A stretch of 64,000 bases of DNA from an uncultured Actinomycetota bacterium (GTDB lineage Bacteria > Actinomycetota > Actinomycetes > Propionibacteriales > Nocardioidaceae): contig CAWAFS010000031.1 of the NCBI GenBank assembly GCA_963781335.1, forward strand, positions 54,059-118,058, read 5' to 3'. This document shows, in pieces, positions 47,526 through 57,378 of the stretch. The position numbers and the translations under genes are program-made. A model generated the notes under the pieces. That model was not told where the DNA came from. It saw nothing but the letters and a program-made list of their open reading frames with translations, and did no database searches. The first letter of the stretch is position 1; each line of letters starts with the position of its first letter.

Positions 47526-48695
47526 GTGAGCCAGGACCCCTACGAGATCCTCGGTGTCTCCCGGGACGCCGAGACCGACGAGATCAAGAAGGCCTACCGC
47601 CGTCTCGCTCGTCAGCTGCACCCCGACGTCAACCCCGACCCGGCGACGCATGAGCGGTTCAAGGAGGTCTCTGCGGCCTACGAGGTGCTCTCGGACCCCG
47701 AGAAGCGCCGCATGTTCGACCTCGGCGGCGACCCGTTCGGGCGCGGCGGCGGTGCAGGTCAGGGTGCGGGTTTCTCGTTCACCGACATCATGGACGCCTT
47801 CTTCGGCGGCCAGCCGGGCGGTGGCCAGGCGGGCCGCGGGCCGCGTCCGCGCAGCCGTCGTGGGCAGGACGCGCTGGTCCGGCTCGAGATCGAGCTCGCC
47901 GAGGCGGCCTTCGGGGTCACCCACGAGCTCAAGGTCGACACCGCAGTGCTCTGCACCGTCTGCGAGGGCAGTGGCGCAGCGGCCGGGTCGCGGCCGGTGA
48001 CCTGCGAGACCTGCCACGGACGGGGCGAGGTGCAGCAGGTCCAGCGCTCGTTCCTCGGCGAGATCCGCACCCTGCGTCCGTGCGCGGCCTGCCGTGGCTA
48101 CGGCGAGATCATCCCCGAACCGTGCCGTGAGTGCTCCGGCGACGGGCGGGTGCGCTCACGCCGCAACATCACGGTCAAGATCCCGCCCGGTGTGGACACC
48201 GGCACGCGGGTCCAGCTCGCCCATGAGGGGGAGGTCGGTCCCGGTGGTGGCCCCGCCGGCGACCTCTACGTCGAGATCCACGTCGCCACCCACCCGGTGT
48301 TCACCCGCGACGGCACCGACCTGCGTTGCCACGTGACCGTGCCGATGACCGCCGCCGCCCTCGGTACGACGATCCAGCTGCCCCTGCTCGAGGCCGACGT
48401 GGCCGAGGCCGACTCCGACATGGAGCTCTGGGTCGACCTCGAGATCCGCCCCGGCACGCAGTCCGGGACGGAGACGGTCCTGCGAGGTCGCGGGGTGCCG
48501 CATCTTCGATCGCAGGTCCGCGGGGACACCGTTGTCACGGTCGACGTCGAGACCCCGGGTCGGCTCGACGACCAGCAGCAGGACCTGCTCCGGGAGCTGG
48601 CCAGGCTGCGCCACGAGGAGTCGCCGGACGGCCGGATCAGCTCGCCGCAGAAGTCGGTCTTCGGGCGGCTCAAGGACGCCTTCAACCCCCGGTGA
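47526..48695 (+). CDS. dnaJ: molecular chaperone DnaJ
   Basis: J domain with HPD, G/F region, four CxxCxGxG zinc-finger repeats. GTG start. Confidence 0.95.
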   Translation: MSQDPYEILGVSRDAETDEIKKAYRRLARQLHPDVNPDPATHERFKEVSAAYEVLSDPEKRRMFDLGGDPFGRGGGAGQGAGFSFTDIMDAFFGGQPGGGQAGRGPRPRSRRGQDALVRLEIELAEAAFGVTHELKVDTAVLCTVCEGSGAAAGSRPVTCETCHGRGEVQQVQRSFLGEIRTLRPCAACRGYGEIIPEPCRECSGDGRVRSRRNITVKIPPGVDTGTRVQLAHEGEVGPGGGPAGDLYVEIHVATHPVFTRDGTDLRCHVTVPMTAAALGTTIQLPLLEADVAEADSDMELWVDLEIRPGTQSGTETVLRGRGVPHLRSQVRGDTVVTVDVETPGRLDDQQQDLLRELARLRHEESPDGRISSPQKSVFGRLKDAFNPR

Positions 48696-48699
48696 CACC

Positions 48700-49431
48700 G
48701 TGACGCTGCCGGTCTTTCTCGGGCCGGTCACGAACGTCTCCGTCGGGGACGCCGTGAGGGTCGAGGGCGACGAGGCGCGGCACGCAGTGGTGGTCCGCCG
48801 GATCCAGGACGGCGAGGAGATCGTGCTCGTCGACGGAGCCGGCGCCGCTGCGCAGTGCGTGGTCACGGCGACCTCCAAGACCTCGCTCACGGCCGTGGTG
48901 TCGTCGCTGTCGGTGACCCCTGCCCCCCTGCCGCACGTCACAGTCGTCCAGGCGATCCCGAAGGGAGAGCGCGCCGAGCTGGCGGTCGAGGTGCTCACCG
49001 AGATCGGCGCCGACCGGATCGTGCCGTGGGCTGCCGCCAGGTCGGTCGGTGTCTGGCGCGGGGACCGGGCGGCGAAGTCGTTGGCCAAGTGGCGCACGAC
49101 TGCGCGCGAGGCCGGCAAGCAGTCGAGGCGGTCCTGGCTTCCGGAGGTGACGGCGATGGCATCGTTGGCCGACGTGGTCGCGCTGGTGGAGCAGTCCGAC
49201 CTGGCCGTCGTACTACATGAGGAGGCGGCCGTGTCCCTGTCCGCGCTCTCCCTCGACCAGGTTGGATCGATCCTCGTCGTGGTCGGGCCCGAGGGCGGGA
49301 TCACCGACGAGGAGCTGGCAGCCCTGGGTGCCGCGCACGTCGTGCGGATGGGGGACCCGGTGCTGCGCACGTCGACCGCAGGGGTCGCCGCCGTGGCCGC
49401 GTTGCTTTCCCGGACCACGCGCTGGGGCTGA
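48700..49431 (+). CDS. rsmE: 16S rRNA (uracil1498-N3)-methyltransferase
   Basis: PUA-like N-terminus (EARHAVVVRR), SPOUT C-terminus (VVGPEGGITDEE...LRTSTA). Position after dnaJ. GTG 48700. Confidence 0.88.
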   Translation: MTLPVFLGPVTNVSVGDAVRVEGDEARHAVVVRRIQDGEEIVLVDGAGAAAQCVVTATSKTSLTAVVSSLSVTPAPLPHVTVVQAIPKGERAELAVEVLTEIGADRIVPWAAARSVGVWRGDRAAKSLAKWRTTAREAGKQSRRSWLPEVTAMASLADVVALVEQSDLAVVLHEEAAVSLSALSLDQVGSILVVVGPEGGITDEELAALGAAHVVRMGDPVLRTSTAGVAAVAALLSRTTRWG

Positions 49432-49439
49432 GAGCCTGC

Positions 49440-50432
49440 CTACTCCACGGTGATCTGCTTGGTGTCCTCGCTCGTCCCGACGCCCTCGCCATCGGACTCG
49501 TCGGTGTCGTGGACCACGAGGGTGTAGGTGCCCGGTGGAGCCGTCACGGAGAAGGAGTACGGCGAGAGGGTGCAGCACGCCGCGGCGGTGGTGAAGCCGT
49601 TGCGGACGACCTGGCCGCCCTGCTTGAGCTCCCAGACCACGTTGGCCTCGAAGGTGGCCGCCACGCCTTCCACCTCGAACTCGGTGCTGACGACCTCCCC
49701 CTCGGCGGGGCGGTTGACGATGACCGGCGATGCGATCGAGTCGAAGCTGGCAGCTGGGACCGGGTCGCTGGTGTCGACGCCGAGCAGCGTCGGCACGGGC
49801 GAACCCTCCACGGTGAACTGCACGGGCCCGTCGGTCTCGCTGGCCCTCTGCGCTGTCACGACAAGCGCCTGCAGCATCATCGTGGCCACCTTCGGGGTCA
49901 TCCCCGCAGGACGGCGAAGCGCTTCGGAGACGTCGATCACGAGTCGGCCGCCGATCAGCTCTGCCTGCGCAGTCAGGTCGTCGGACTGGGTCCAGGCCTG
50001 GTAGTCCGGATCACGCGGAGGACTGCTGATCGCTGCCTGCACGGCGATCTCGAGGTCGGTGCCACGGACCTCCGTGAAGGTGCGCGTCTCCGGGAAGAGT
50101 CGCGGGCCCACTGCGGTCTCGCCCACGTAGAAGACGGACAGCGTCTCGCTGCGACCGGGTGCGAGCGACGTCTGACCGTCCGGGGTCTGCGAGGGGGAGC
50201 CCGGCTCGGCGGCCGGCGTACCCGACGGCTCTCGCTGACCCAGCCACCCGGCTCCGGCGATCACGATCACGGTCGCCACTGCCGCAGCCAGGACAATCGG
50301 CACCCAGCGGGTGGACGTCGGGCGGTCGGCGCGGGCACGGATGTCCGAGGTCCCGCCCTGTGGGTGCACGTCGGAGACAGCGTCGTCGAGCAGTCGGCGC
50401 AGCTCGGAGTCGTCGTTCGATGGGCCGGTCAT
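49440..50432 (-). CDS. membrane-anchored GerMN / Gmad2 immunoglobulin-like domain protein (possible anti-sigma partner)
   Basis: ATGA overlap with the upstream sigma gene. Cytoplasmic N-terminus, one TM (WVPIVLAAAVATVIVIAGAGWL), extracytoplasmic GerMN-like and Ig-like parts. Confidence 0.7.
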   Translation of the reverse strand: MTGPSNDDSELRRLLDDAVSDVHPQGGTSDIRARADRPTSTRWVPIVLAAAVATVIVIAGAGWLGQREPSGTPAAEPGSPSQTPDGQTSLAPGRSETLSVFYVGETAVGPRLFPETRTFTEVRGTDLEIAVQAAISSPPRDPDYQAWTQSDDLTAQAELIGGRLVIDVSEALRRPAGMTPKVATMMLQALVVTAQRASETDGPVQFTVEGSPVPTLLGVDTSDPVPAASFDSIASPVIVNRPAEGEVVSTEFEVEGVAATFEANVVWELKQGGQVVRNGFTTAAACCTLSPYSFSVTAPPGTYTLVVHDTDESDGEGVGTSEDTKQITVE

Positions 50433-50995
50433 GAGGTCTCCTCGAGCAGCGTGGACAGATGGGTGCGCAGGGCAACGGCCGCACGCGACGCATGGCTCTT
50501 CACGGCGCCCTGGCTGATCCGCAAAGTCTCGGCGATCTCTCGTTCGGAGAGGTCGAGGTAGTAGCGGAGCGCGAGCACCTCGCGCTGTCGCCGCGGCAGC
50601 CTGGCCAGCGCGTCGATCACCGCCTGTCGTCGTACGCCGAGCAGCAGGTCGTGGTCGGCGCCAGGCTCGTCGGGGGGGATCTCGGAGGGATGTCGCGAGA
50701 CGACCTTGAGGTGCCGGAGCACCGAGCGTGACCGGTTGACCACCGTCTGCCGCAGGTACGCCGGGACATCCGCGTCTCCCAACCGGTCCCAGCGCTGGTA
50801 GATCGCCACGAAGGAGTCCTGCACGACCTCCTCGGCGCGCCCGGCGTCGCCGAGGAGCAGCACGCCGAGCCGGACCAGCCGGACGTAGTGCTCGTCGTAG
50901 AGCTGCTCGAGGGCCGCCTCGGCTCCCGGGTCGCCGTCGATGCACACCCCCTGGGTGATGAAGCCGGTGTCGTCTTCGGACAGGACGTTGGTCAC
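50429..50995 (-). CDS. ECF RNA polymerase sigma factor (SigE-like)
   Basis: Region 2 (AEEVVQDSFVAIYQRW) and region 4 (LPRRQREVLALRYYLDLSEREIAETLRISQGAVKSHASRA). Confidence 0.9.
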   Translation of the reverse strand: MTNVLSEDDTGFITQGVCIDGDPGAEAALEQLYDEHYVRLVRLGVLLLGDAGRAEEVVQDSFVAIYQRWDRLGDADVPAYLRQTVVNRSRSVLRHLKVVSRHPSEIPPDEPGADHDLLLGVRRQAVIDALARLPRRQREVLALRYYLDLSEREIAETLRISQGAVKSHASRAAVALRTHLSTLLEETS

Positions 50996-51063
50996 GTTAG
51001 TTGGACGCCTGGGTCGCCTCGTTGGTTTACACGCCGTGAGGGCCGATCAGGCATGCTGTCCTC

Positions 51064-51423
51064 ATGGGTGACGGACAGGGAGCCGAGGACTGCCTCTTCT
51101 GCAAGATCGTCGCCGGCGACATCGATGCCGACGTGGTCCACGAGTCATCGACCACGGTCGCCTTCCGCGACCTGAACCCGCAGGCGCCCACCCACGTCCT
51201 GGTCATCCCGCGCAGCCACTACGCCAACGCGGCCGACCTGGCCGACGGCGAGCCCGAGGCCCTGGTGGGTCTGTTCGACGCCGCGCGGGCGATCGCCGAC
51301 AGCGAGGGTCTCGGAGAGGGCTACCGCCTCGTCCTCAACACCGGCGCCGCTGCGCACCAGACCGTCTTCCACGCCCACCTGCACGTCCTCGGGGGCCGGT
51401 CCATGACCTGGCCGCCCGGGTGA
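51064..51423 (+). CDS. histidine triad (HIT) nucleotide-binding protein
   Basis: CLFCKIV...FRDLNPQAPTHVLVIP...HAHLHVLGG. Confidence 0.92.
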   Translation: MGDGQGAEDCLFCKIVAGDIDADVVHESSTTVAFRDLNPQAPTHVLVIPRSHYANAADLADGEPEALVGLFDAARAIADSEGLGEGYRLVLNTGAAAHQTVFHAHLHVLGGRSMTWPPG

Positions 51424-52631
51424 GCACCCGGACCGCCACCCGGCGTACGACAGGACTCGCGGCCGCCGCGGCCCTGGCCCTGGTGCTCTCCGCCTGCGGC
51501 GCCAGCGACGACGAGCCCGCCAAGGCCGGGAGCGCGCCGACCCCGGCCTCCTCGGCGAGCCCGGAGCCGGACCACAGTGGCCACGAGCCGGCCGCCGCCG
51601 CGCCCGTCAAGCGCAAACCGCTGCGCAAGGGCGAGCGCCGGGTCACCGTGCAGATGCCGGAGGACTACACCCCGTCGGCGCCGACCGGCGTGGGTACCGA
51701 CGACTACCGGTGCTTCCTGCTCGACCCCAAGGTGCCGAGCGACCAGTTCATCACCGGGTTCAACGTGCTGCCGGGCAACCCCGACGTCGTGCACCACGTG
51801 ATCCTGTTCCGAGTCCCGACCGACCTGGTCGACGAGGCCGAGCAGAAGGACGCCTCCACACCCGGCCAGGGCTGGACCTGCTTCGGCAACTCGGGACTGG
51901 GAGGTGGAGTCGAGATCGACGACGCGCCGTGGCTGGGTGCGTGGGCACCGGGAGGCAGCGAGCAGCTCTACAGCTCGGGCTTCGGTGAACGCCTCGACAA
52001 GGGCTCGCGCGTCGTCATGCAGGTGCACTACAACCTGCTGGCGGGAAAGAAGCCGGACCGAAGCTCCGCCGAGCTTCGTCTGGCCCCGGTTTCGGACAAG
52101 ATCCGTGCGCTCGAGACCCGGTTGTTGCCGGCCCCGGTCGAGCTCCCCTGCCGCCCCGAGCATGCCGAGGGGCCGCTGTGCGCGCGACCCGCAGCGCTGG
52201 CCGACGTCAAGGAGCGGTTCGGTCAGGGACCGGGCGCGACGGCGGACCTGCTGCACTTCCTCTGCGGCGAGATCAAGGCCGGTCCCGTCCAGTCGTGCTC
52301 CCGGATGATCATGAAGCCCGAGACCGTACGCGGCGTCGCGGGGCACATGCACCTGCTCGGCAGGTCCATCAAGATCGAGGTCAACCCCGGCACCGCGAAA
52401 GCCCGGACCCTGCTGAACGTCCCGGTCTGGAACTTCGACGACCAGGGGAGCAAGCCGATCAAGCCAGCCGTGCTCACGCCGGGTGACACCGTCAAGGTGA
52501 CCTGTCGTCATTCGCAGCGGCTCCGTGACCAGCTGCCGTCCTTCGAGGGGCAGCCCGACAAGTACGTCGTGTGGGGCGAGGGCACCACCGACGAGATGTG
52601 CCTGGCCCTGCTGCTGGTCACCCGCCCCTGA
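51420..52631 (+). CDS. lipoprotein with copper type II ascorbate-dependent monooxygenase-like (PHM/DBH-like) domains
   Basis: Lipobox LVLSAC. N-domain His pair VVHHVILF and MQVHYN. C-domain HMHLLG and DEMC (Met ligand), with conserved Cys pairs. Confidence 0.65.
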   Translation: MSTRTATRRTTGLAAAAALALVLSACGASDDEPAKAGSAPTPASSASPEPDHSGHEPAAAAPVKRKPLRKGERRVTVQMPEDYTPSAPTGVGTDDYRCFLLDPKVPSDQFITGFNVLPGNPDVVHHVILFRVPTDLVDEAEQKDASTPGQGWTCFGNSGLGGGVEIDDAPWLGAWAPGGSEQLYSSGFGERLDKGSRVVMQVHYNLLAGKKPDRSSAELRLAPVSDKIRALETRLLPAPVELPCRPEHAEGPLCARPAALADVKERFGQGPGATADLLHFLCGEIKAGPVQSCSRMIMKPETVRGVAGHMHLLGRSIKIEVNPGTAKARTLLNVPVWNFDDQGSKPIKPAVLTPGDTVKVTCRHSQRLRDQLPSFEGQPDKYVVWGEGTTDEMCLALLLVTRP

Positions 52632-52739
52632 GGCCGTGGAATGCGTTCAGCGAACCCGGATGCGCCGTGACGGGCGCCTGCGTAGCATTGACCTGCCAGC
52701 ACACCCCCCAACGAAGGGCCGCCCCGCACCGGGGCATCC

Positions 52740-54878
52740 ATGACTGAGACCAGCAAGGCCGGCGCCGTCGGCAACAGCACCCGATCCAACGACGGGACCG
52801 CCCGGCAGACCCAGCACACGGTGGTCGTGCCCAGCAGCATCAACATGGTCTCCCTGCTCGGCCCTGGCGACGAGCACCTGACCCTCCTGGAGAGGGCCTT
52901 CGACGCGGACCTGCACGTCCGGGGGAACCAGATCACCCTGCGCGGTGAACCCGCCGAGATCGCCCTGGCGGAGCGCATGCTCGACGAGCTCGTGACGATC
53001 ATCCGCACCGGTCAGGGGATGACCGCCGAGACCGTGGAGCGCGTGATCACGATGCTGCGCGCGGAGACCACCGAGCGTCCCGCCGACGTGCTGTCGCTGA
53101 ACATCCTGTCCAACCGTGGCCGCACGATCCGGCCCAAGACGCTGAACCAGAAGCGTTACGTGGACGCCATCGACAAGCACACGGTGGTGTTCGGCATCGG
53201 TCCCGCAGGCACCGGCAAGACCTATCTCGCGATGGCCAAGGCGGTGCAGGCGCTGCAGGCGAAGAAGGTCAACCGGATCATCCTGACCCGTCCCGCCGTC
53301 GAGGCGGGCGAGCGCCTCGGGTTCCTCCCGGGGACGCTGAGCGAGAAGATCGACCCCTACCTGCGGCCGCTCTACGACGCCCTGCACGACATGCTCGACC
53401 CGGAGACCGTGCCGAAGCTGCTCGCGGCCGGGACGATCGAGGTGGCGCCGCTGGCCTACATGCGGGGCCGCGCCCAGCCCTACGACGCGCAGGTCCTCAC
53501 CCCTGCGGGCTTCCGACCCATCGGCTCCCTCGAGATCGGTGACCTGGTCATCGGGAGTGATGGCGGGCCCACACCTGTGCTTGGGGTCTACCCGCAGGGA
53601 GAGCGGGAGGTCTACCGCGTCACGACCACCGACGGCGGATCCACGCTGTGCTGTGGTGAGCACCTCTGGCAGGTTTCGACCCCCGAGGACAAGCGCCGCC
53701 TCCGGACCAGGGTGGTCGAGACCCGCGAGATGATCGGTAACCTACGGCGAGGGAACATCCACCGCTACGAGCTGCCGGTGATGTCCGGCACCAACCCCGA
53801 CCAGCAGCCAGTCCCGCTGGACCCCTACGCCTTGGGCCTGCTCCTCGGTGATGGCTGCATCACCACATCGACCACACCGGCGTTCTCGACAGCCGATCCC
53901 GAGCTCGTCGGACGCTTGGGGGTCGCGCTCGACGACCTCGGGGTGGACGTCACCCACAGCGCGGGCTACGACTACGTACTTCGAAGGCGCGGCGGTGGTC
54001 GTGGCGGGGTGATCGTCGCGAACCCGGTCACTGAGGTGCTTCGTGCGCTTCGGCTGGCCGGCACTCGGTCCGCCACCAAGTTCATCCCGGAGATCTACCT
54101 CGAGAACTCCTTCGAGGTGCGGCTCGCCCTGCTCCAGGGCCTGCTCGACACCGACGGTGGACCGGTCACGCAAGCAGGCCGCACGTGCCGCGTGCAATAC
54201 GTCACCACGTCACCGCGGTTGCGCGACGACGTGAGGTTCCTGACCCGCTCACTGGGCGGGATCGCGACCACCCGCACCCGGAAGGCCGAGGGCCGCACGC
54301 CGGGGAGGGCGAACGGGCGACCCGTCGGCTACGTCCACGACGCATACGTGCTGGACATTCGGCTACCCCCCGGCGTGCAGCCCTTCCGGCTGACGCGCAA
54401 GCGAGACAAGTACGAGGCCCTCACCGGGGGCCGCCCGATGCGCTATGTCGAGAGCATCGAGCCCGCTGGAGTCCAGGACACGATGTGCATCCAGGTTGCC
54501 GCCGAGGACTCGCTGTACGTGACCGACGACTTCCTGGTCACGCACAACACCCTCAACGACGCGTTCATCATCCTCGACGAGGCACAGAACACCTCGCCCG
54601 AACAGATGAAGATGTTCCTGACCCGCCTGGGCTTCGGCTCCAAGATCGTGGTCACCGGTGACGTGACCCAGGTGGACCTGCCGTCGGGGATCAAGAGTGG
54701 ACTGCGCGTGGTCGAGGGGATCCTCGGCGGCATCCAGGACGTCTCGTTCAACCGGCTCACCGCTCACGACGTGGTGCGGCACCGGTTGGTCGGCGAGATC
54801 GTCGCGGCATACGAGGCACACGACGCGGAGAACCACGACCCGCGACGCGAAGCGCGTTCCGATCGCGACCGCCGATGA
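52740..54878 (+). CDS. phoH: PhoH-like ATPase interrupted by an intein
   Basis: Walker A GPAGTGKT. The conserved segment ...APLAYMRGR / [15 protein letters not shown] is split by 359 aa. Exteins sum to 353 aa, the normal PhoH size. Confidence 0.92.
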   Translation: MTETSKAGAVGNSTRSNDGTARQTQHTVVVPSSINMVSLLGPGDEHLTLLERAFDADLHVRGNQITLRGEPAEIALAERMLDELVTIIRTGQGMTAETVERVITMLRAETTERPADVLSLNILSNRGRTIRPKTLNQKRYVDAIDKHTVVFGIGPAGTGKTYLAMAKAVQALQAKKVNRIILTRPAVEAGERLGFLPGTLSEKIDPYLRPLYDALHDMLDPETVPKLLAAGTIEVAPLAYMRGRAQPYDAQVLTPAGFRPIGSLEIGDLVIGSDGGPTPVLGVYPQGEREVYRVTTTDGGSTLCCGEHLWQVSTPEDKRRLRTRVVETREMIGNLRRGNIHRYELPVMSGTNPDQQPVPLDPYALGLLLGDGCITTSTTPAFSTADPELVGRLGVALDDLGVDVTHSAGYDYVLRRRGGGRGGVIVANPVTEVLRALRLAGTRSATKFIPEIYLENSFEVRLALLQGLLDTDGGPVTQAGRTCRVQYVTTSPRLRDDVRFLTRSLGGIATTRTRKAEGRTPGRANGRPVGYVHDAYVLDIRLPPGVQPFRLTRKRDKYEALTGGRPMRYVESIEPAGVQDTMCIQVAAEDSLYVTDDFLVTHNTLNDAFIILDEAQNTSPEQMKMFLTRLGFGSKIVVTGDVTQVDLPSGIKSGLRVVEGILGGIQDVSFNRLTAHDVVRHRLVGEIVAAYEAHDAENHDPRREARSDRDRR
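53472..54548 (+). mobile_element. intein (Ala1, Trp/Cys/Thr class-3 signature) with LAGLIDADG homing endonuclease domain
   Basis: Block [21 protein letters not shown]. Block [19 protein letters not shown] motifs [10 protein letters not shown] and [11 protein letters not shown]. Block F/G DTMCIQV...FLVTHN followed by +1 Thr. Confidence 0.85.
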
Positions 54879-54885
54879 GCATCCG

Positions 54886-55365
54886 ATGACCATCGAGATC
54901 CAGAACGAGTCCGGGGTCGAGCTCGACGAGGGCCGTACCCAACGCCTCGCCCGCTACGTCATGGACCGCATGCGCGTGCACCCACAGGCGGAGCTCTGTG
55001 TGACCGCCGTGGACGAGGCGACCATCGCCGAGCTGAACGCCAAGTGGATGGAGAAGGACGGGCCCACGGACGTGCTCGCCTTCCCGATGGACGAGCTGCG
55101 CCCGGGCATGGTCAACGAGGAGCCCGAGGAGGGTGTCCTGGGAGATCTTGTGCTCTGCCCGGCCGTGGCCGCGGAGCAGGCGAAGACCGCGGGTCACTCG
55201 GCCGCCGACGAGCTCGACATGCTCACGGTGCACGGGATCCTGCACCTTCTGGGCTACGACCACGCGGAGCCCGAGGAGCACCAGGAGATGTTCGGCCTCC
55301 AGGCGAGACTGCTCGCCGAGTGGCTCGGCCACGAGGCCGACCGACCGCTCACCGACCAGCTGTGA
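54886..55365 (+). CDS. ybeY: rRNA maturation RNase YbeY
   Basis: [11 protein letters not shown] zinc motif. Position after phoH. Confidence 0.95.
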   Translation: MTIEIQNESGVELDEGRTQRLARYVMDRMRVHPQAELCVTAVDEATIAELNAKWMEKDGPTDVLAFPMDELRPGMVNEEPEEGVLGDLVLCPAVAAEQAKTAGHSAADELDMLTVHGILHLLGYDHAEPEEHQEMFGLQARLLAEWLGHEADRPLTDQL

Positions 55366-55372
55366 TCCCCCG

Positions 55373-56725
55373 ATGAGCGGTGGCAGTCCGGGCCTGGTCA
55401 TGCTCGCCGTGGCGTTGGTCGCGCTCGCCGCCACTCTGACGACCGTCGAGGCCGCACTCTCCGCGTTCTCCCGGGCACGCGCCCTGGAGCTCGCCCACGA
55501 GCAACGGCCCGGCGCGATCCGGCTGCTGCGCCTCCTCGACGACGCCGCCCACCACCTCAACGCCCTGCTGGTCGTGCGACTGCTGACCGAGACCTCCGCT
55601 GTCGTGCTGGGCACGGCGATGGTGCTCGACCTGCTGGGTCCGGACGAGTGGACCTCGGTGCTGGCCGCGATCGGCCTGATGTTCCTCGTGCTGTTCGTCC
55701 TCGTCGGAGTCGGCCCGCGCACCATCGGCCGCCAGCGCAGCGAAGCGATCTCACTGGCCACCGCCGGACTCGTCATCGGCCTGGGTCGGGTCCTGGGACC
55801 GCTGCCCCGGCTGCTGATCATGATCGGCAACGCCCTCACCCCCGGCAAGGGCTTCTCCGAGGGGCCGTTCTCCTCGGAGGCCGAGCTGCGCGAGATGGTG
55901 GACCTCGCCGAGGCGTCCAGCCTGATCGAGTCCGGCGAGAGCAAGATGATCCACTCGGTCTTCGAGCTCGGCGACACCTTCGCCCGTGAGGTGATGGTTC
56001 CCCGCACCGACGTCGTCTACATCGAGCGGACCAAGACCCTGCGCCAGGCCATGTCACTGTTCCTGCGCAGCGGGTTCTCCCGGATCCCGGTGGTGGGGGA
56101 CGACCTCGACGACATCGTCGGCTTCGCCTACCTCAAGGACGTGGCCAAGCGGGTCTTCGACCGCCAGGCCGCCCAGACGACCGAGCGGGTCGACTCGATG
56201 ATGCGGCCTGTCTTCCACGTGCCGGACTCCAAGCCGGTCGACGACCTGCTGCGCGAGATGCAGGCTGATCGCCGCCACATCGCCGTCGTCGTGGACGAAT
56301 ACGGCGGGACCGCGGGCATCGTGACCATCGAGGACATCCTCGAGGAGATCGTCGGCGAGATCACCGACGAGTTCGATGCCGAGGAGGAGTCGGTGGAGGA
56401 GCTCGAGGAGGGCGCGCGCCGTGTCCCCGCGAGATTCCCCGTCGACGACCTCGACGAGATCCTCGGTGTCTCGATCGAGGACGACGAGGTCGACTCGGTG
56501 GGCGGCCTGATGGCGAAGTACCTCGGCAAGGTGCCGATCCCGGGCTCCACCGTCGAGGTCGCCGGGCTGCGCTTCATGGCAGAGGAGGCCAAGGGGCGCC
56601 GCAACCGGGTCGGCACCGTGCTGATCACTCCCGTGGTCAAGCCGGAGGCCTGGACCGTCCCGGAGAAGCGTGAGGCGGACCGTTCCCACGACAGGCGTGC
56701 CCAGCGCGCCCAGCACCAGGGCTGA
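55373..56725 (+). CDS. hemolysin-family protein (CNNM/DUF21, CBS pair, CorC_HlyC)
   Basis: N-terminal 4-TM DUF21, CBS region (VMVPRTDVVYI...), C-terminal transporter-associated domain. Start at ATG 55373. Confidence 0.9.
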   Translation: MSGGSPGLVMLAVALVALAATLTTVEAALSAFSRARALELAHEQRPGAIRLLRLLDDAAHHLNALLVVRLLTETSAVVLGTAMVLDLLGPDEWTSVLAAIGLMFLVLFVLVGVGPRTIGRQRSEAISLATAGLVIGLGRVLGPLPRLLIMIGNALTPGKGFSEGPFSSEAELREMVDLAEASSLIESGESKMIHSVFELGDTFAREVMVPRTDVVYIERTKTLRQAMSLFLRSGFSRIPVVGDDLDDIVGFAYLKDVAKRVFDRQAAQTTERVDSMMRPVFHVPDSKPVDDLLREMQADRRHIAVVVDEYGGTAGIVTIEDILEEIVGEITDEFDAEEESVEELEEGARRVPARFPVDDLDEILGVSIEDDEVDSVGGLMAKYLGKVPIPGSTVEVAGLRFMAEEAKGRRNRVGTVLITPVVKPEAWTVPEKREADRSHDRRAQRAQHQG

Positions 56726-56726
56726 G

Positions 56727-56996
56727 GTGTTCCAGGGTTTCGAGGACTCCATGGTCGACGTGGGTCCGGTCAGGCTCCGGGTGCGCCGCGGTGGCAGCGA
56801 GCCCGCCGTGGCGCCGAGACTGGTGGAGGCCGGTTACCCGGTCGTGGTCCCGGACCTGCGCGGCTACGGCCAGTCCGGAAAGGTCGAGGTCACCGACGCA
56901 CGCCACGAGAGGGAAGACCGGGCAACGGGCCGCAGGGTCACCTGTCGCTGGCCTCGGCGCTCACCACCTTCCTCGATCACTAGACTTCCGACGTGA
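56727..56996 (+). pseudogene. remnant of an alpha/beta-hydrolase gene (N-terminal fragment with internal deletion)
   Basis: VFQGFEDSMVDVGPVRLRVRRGGSEPAV/APRLVEAGYPVVVPDLRGYGQSGK matches the start of epoxide-hydrolase/dehalogenase-like proteins. It lacks the LLLHG..W segment and everything from the nucleophile elbow onward. Confidence 0.45.
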
Positions 56997-57331
56997 CTGC
57001 GCTGCCTGCCGAGGACAACAAGCTCGTCGTGCTCGCCAGGGCCACCCGGGCGCGCACCGGGGGGGACGAGGGTGCCGCGCTGCGGGACCTCGACGGGCGC
57101 ACCTACGCCGCCGCGACGGTGAACCTCCCCTCGCTCCAGGTCTCCGCGGTCGGCGTCGCCGTATCCATGGCCGTGGCAAGCGGGGCCAAGGGAGCAGAGG
57201 CCGTGGTGGTTCTCACCGCAGGCGACCTCGCTGGGACAGATCTGGACATCGTTCGCGAGTTCGCCGGCCCCGGCGTACCGGTGCACCGGGGGACACCCAG
57301 TGGTCTCCTCCAGGACACCACGCCCACATGA
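56993..57331 (+). CDS. cytidine-deaminase-fold protein lacking the zinc/catalytic motifs
   Basis: 112 aa. LVVLARATRAR...YAAATVNLPSLQVSAVGVAVSMAVASG aligns to the CDA core, but CAE and PCxxC are replaced. GTG start overlapping the upstream stop. Confidence 0.65.
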   Translation: MTALPAEDNKLVVLARATRARTGGDEGAALRDLDGRTYAAATVNLPSLQVSAVGVAVSMAVASGAKGAEAVVVLTAGDLAGTDLDIVREFAGPGVPVHRGTPSGLLQDTTPT

Positions 57332-57378
57332 CATGGATCTCGCCCCCTGACAGGATCTTGAGTGCGCGATCTGGAAGG

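Noticed and set aside
56791-57378. 196-aa N-terminal extension of the FAD oxidoreductase ORF, and similar upstream extensions of hrcA (46368), comEA (19778), the kinase (24858), lepA (29395) and corC (55133)
   Set aside because: The extensions overlap neighbouring genes or regulatory sites and are compositionally non-coding. Internal starts with an RBS give family-typical N-termini.
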